This document shows, one piece after another, positions 63,096 to 64,000 of a stretch of 64,000 bases of DNA; within the stretch, counting starts at the first letter, position 1, and each line of letters begins with the position of its first letter. Below the pieces are notes generated by a model. The model saw nothing but the letters and a program-made list of their open reading frames with translations, was not told where the DNA came from and made no database searches. The DNA lies in contig CACEHK010000001.1 in NCBI GenBank assembly GCA_902559305.1, positions 163,276 to 227,275 of the forward strand, read 5' to 3'. Made by a program: the position numbers and the translations under genes. Source of the stretch: an uncultured Pelagibacteraceae bacterium. GTDB lineage: Bacteria; Pseudomonadota; Alphaproteobacteria; Pelagibacterales; Pelagibacteraceae.

Positions 63096-63123
63096 ATACA
63101 GCTTAAATAATTTAATATTTAAC

Positions 63124-63834
63124 TCAATTTTTACTAATAAGATATTGCTTTTTTATTTTATTTTTTATCAATTCAATTAATTTTTTATCATCGTATTGTT
63201 TTGAAAACTGACTAATATTTTTTTTTAAATAATTCAAATGAATTGCTTTAATATTTATATAAACTTTATTAATTTTTAAAATTTTACATAAAGCAAATCT
63301 GTGGGTCCCTCCAAACTTATCTTCTAGTTTTATTATTTCTCCATTTCGACCAACAACCACGCCTATTTCATCATTAATATTTCCATCTTTAAGTTGGCTT
63401 TGATTTAAATATCCATTTCTTTTTAGAGATAACTTTAAATTATTTAATGATTTAAAGTATTTTTTCAAATCGCTTATACTTTTTTGACCTCTGTCTGTTT
63501 TTTTACCACTTAAAATTATCTTAGATTTGTGTTTATATTCATCACTCTGGTAATATTTTTTTTTACTTTTAAAAATTTGGAATACAGAATTATAATTTAT
63601 ATTAGCTTTTTTATACTCTTCTATTTTAAGCTTTTTTTTATCCCAGTTTCCATCCCAAAAAAAAAACTTTTTATTTTTAATATCTTTTTTTTTTAAAAAA
63701 AATTTTATTTCAGAAACTTTAATTTTAGATGTAAAAAATAACTTTTCAGCAGGAATTTTTAAAAAAAAATTTTTATTTTTTTTTAAAAAAATTTTAGAAA
63801 AATAATACTTTAAAAAAACAAATTTGCTTAACAT
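63124..63834 (-). CDS. Hypothetical protein with ParB/Srx-like motif
   Basis: WDGNWD, SLKRNGY, DEIGVVVGRNGE, GGTHRFALCKIL. Confidence 0.6.
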   Translation of the reverse strand: MLSKFVFLKYYFSKIFLKKNKNFFLKIPAEKLFFTSKIKVSEIKFFLKKKDIKNKKFFFWDGNWDKKKLKIEEYKKANINYNSVFQIFKSKKKYYQSDEYKHKSKIILSGKKTDRGQKSISDLKKYFKSLNNLKLSLKRNGYLNQSQLKDGNINDEIGVVVGRNGEIIKLEDKFGGTHRFALCKILKINKVYINIKAIHLNYLKKNISQFSKQYDDKKLIELIKNKIKKQYLISKN

Positions 63835-63998
63835 TTTCTTATTATATAAATTATATTATATCCCAATCTGTGCTTAGAATTTATTTTAAATAAAAAATTT
63901 TCAACTTTTTCTATAATTGACCAAAAAATAAAAGAGCTTTTTTCCTTATCAGTAATTATTCCTATTGACCTATAATCACAAATTTTTAATTTACAGGA
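63828..63998 (-). CDS. C-terminal fragment of an upstream island gene (possibly a methyltransferase)
   Basis: Open frame from window end SCKLKICDYRSIG...LGYNIIYIIRKC*; its stop overlaps the next gene's start region. Confidence 0.5.
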   Translation of the reverse strand, partial: SCKLKICDYRSIGIITDKEKSSFIFWSIIEKVENFLFKINSKHRLGYNIIYIIRKC

Positions 63999-64000
63999 GC

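Larger units (their letters stand above)
41799..64000. other. Cell-surface glycan biosynthesis island (SAR11 HVR2-type); continues past window end
   Basis: Begins immediately upstream of the 5S rRNA; visibly more AT-rich; contains only sugar-synthesis, transferase, tailoring and unknown genes. Confidence 0.88.

Noticed and set aside
1-64000. CRISPR arrays, IS elements, defence systems
   Set aside because: No regularly spaced repeats, transposases or recognisable defence genes seen by eye; weak repeats could be missed without computation

Overview
Very AT-rich, gene-dense chromosomal segment of a SAR11 / Pelagibacterales-type alphaproteobacterium. The assignment rests on gene order, minimal intergenic spacing, Lys/Ile/Asn-rich proteins, and a stand-alone 5S rRNA bordering a glycosylation island. 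About 1-41.8 kb is core genome: glyQS, isoprenoid and cofactor genes, rluD-rpoH, purA-thiD-glmM-folP-ftsH-tilS, tol-pal, yebC, zapA, tkt-gap-pgk-fba, efp, rpmE, rpsU, pntAB, rpmJ, tRNA-Arg(UCG), tRNA-fMet and 5S rRNA. About 41.8-64 kb is the 5S-proximal end of the cell-surface glycan island (HVR2-type): nucleotide-sugar enzymes, glycosyltransferases, methyltransferases, two Fe(II)/2OG oxygenases, AsnB and unknown membrane proteins. I saw no CRISPR array, prophage or transposase. The best leads are: (1) a MOC1/phage-type RuvC-fold resolvase alone at the usual ruvCAB-ybgC position; (2) a probable AUU start codon for rpsU; (3) a tRNA-Arg with a UCG anticodon; (4) no room for 6S RNA at its usual locus; (5) an apparent 5S-rpmJ-pntAB-tal transcript; (6) glycan-tailoring modules (putative GT-C pair plus DPM1-like GT2, tandem dioxygenases, ParB/Srx-like protein). 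All calls come from reading the sequence and recalling motifs. No database searches were run.
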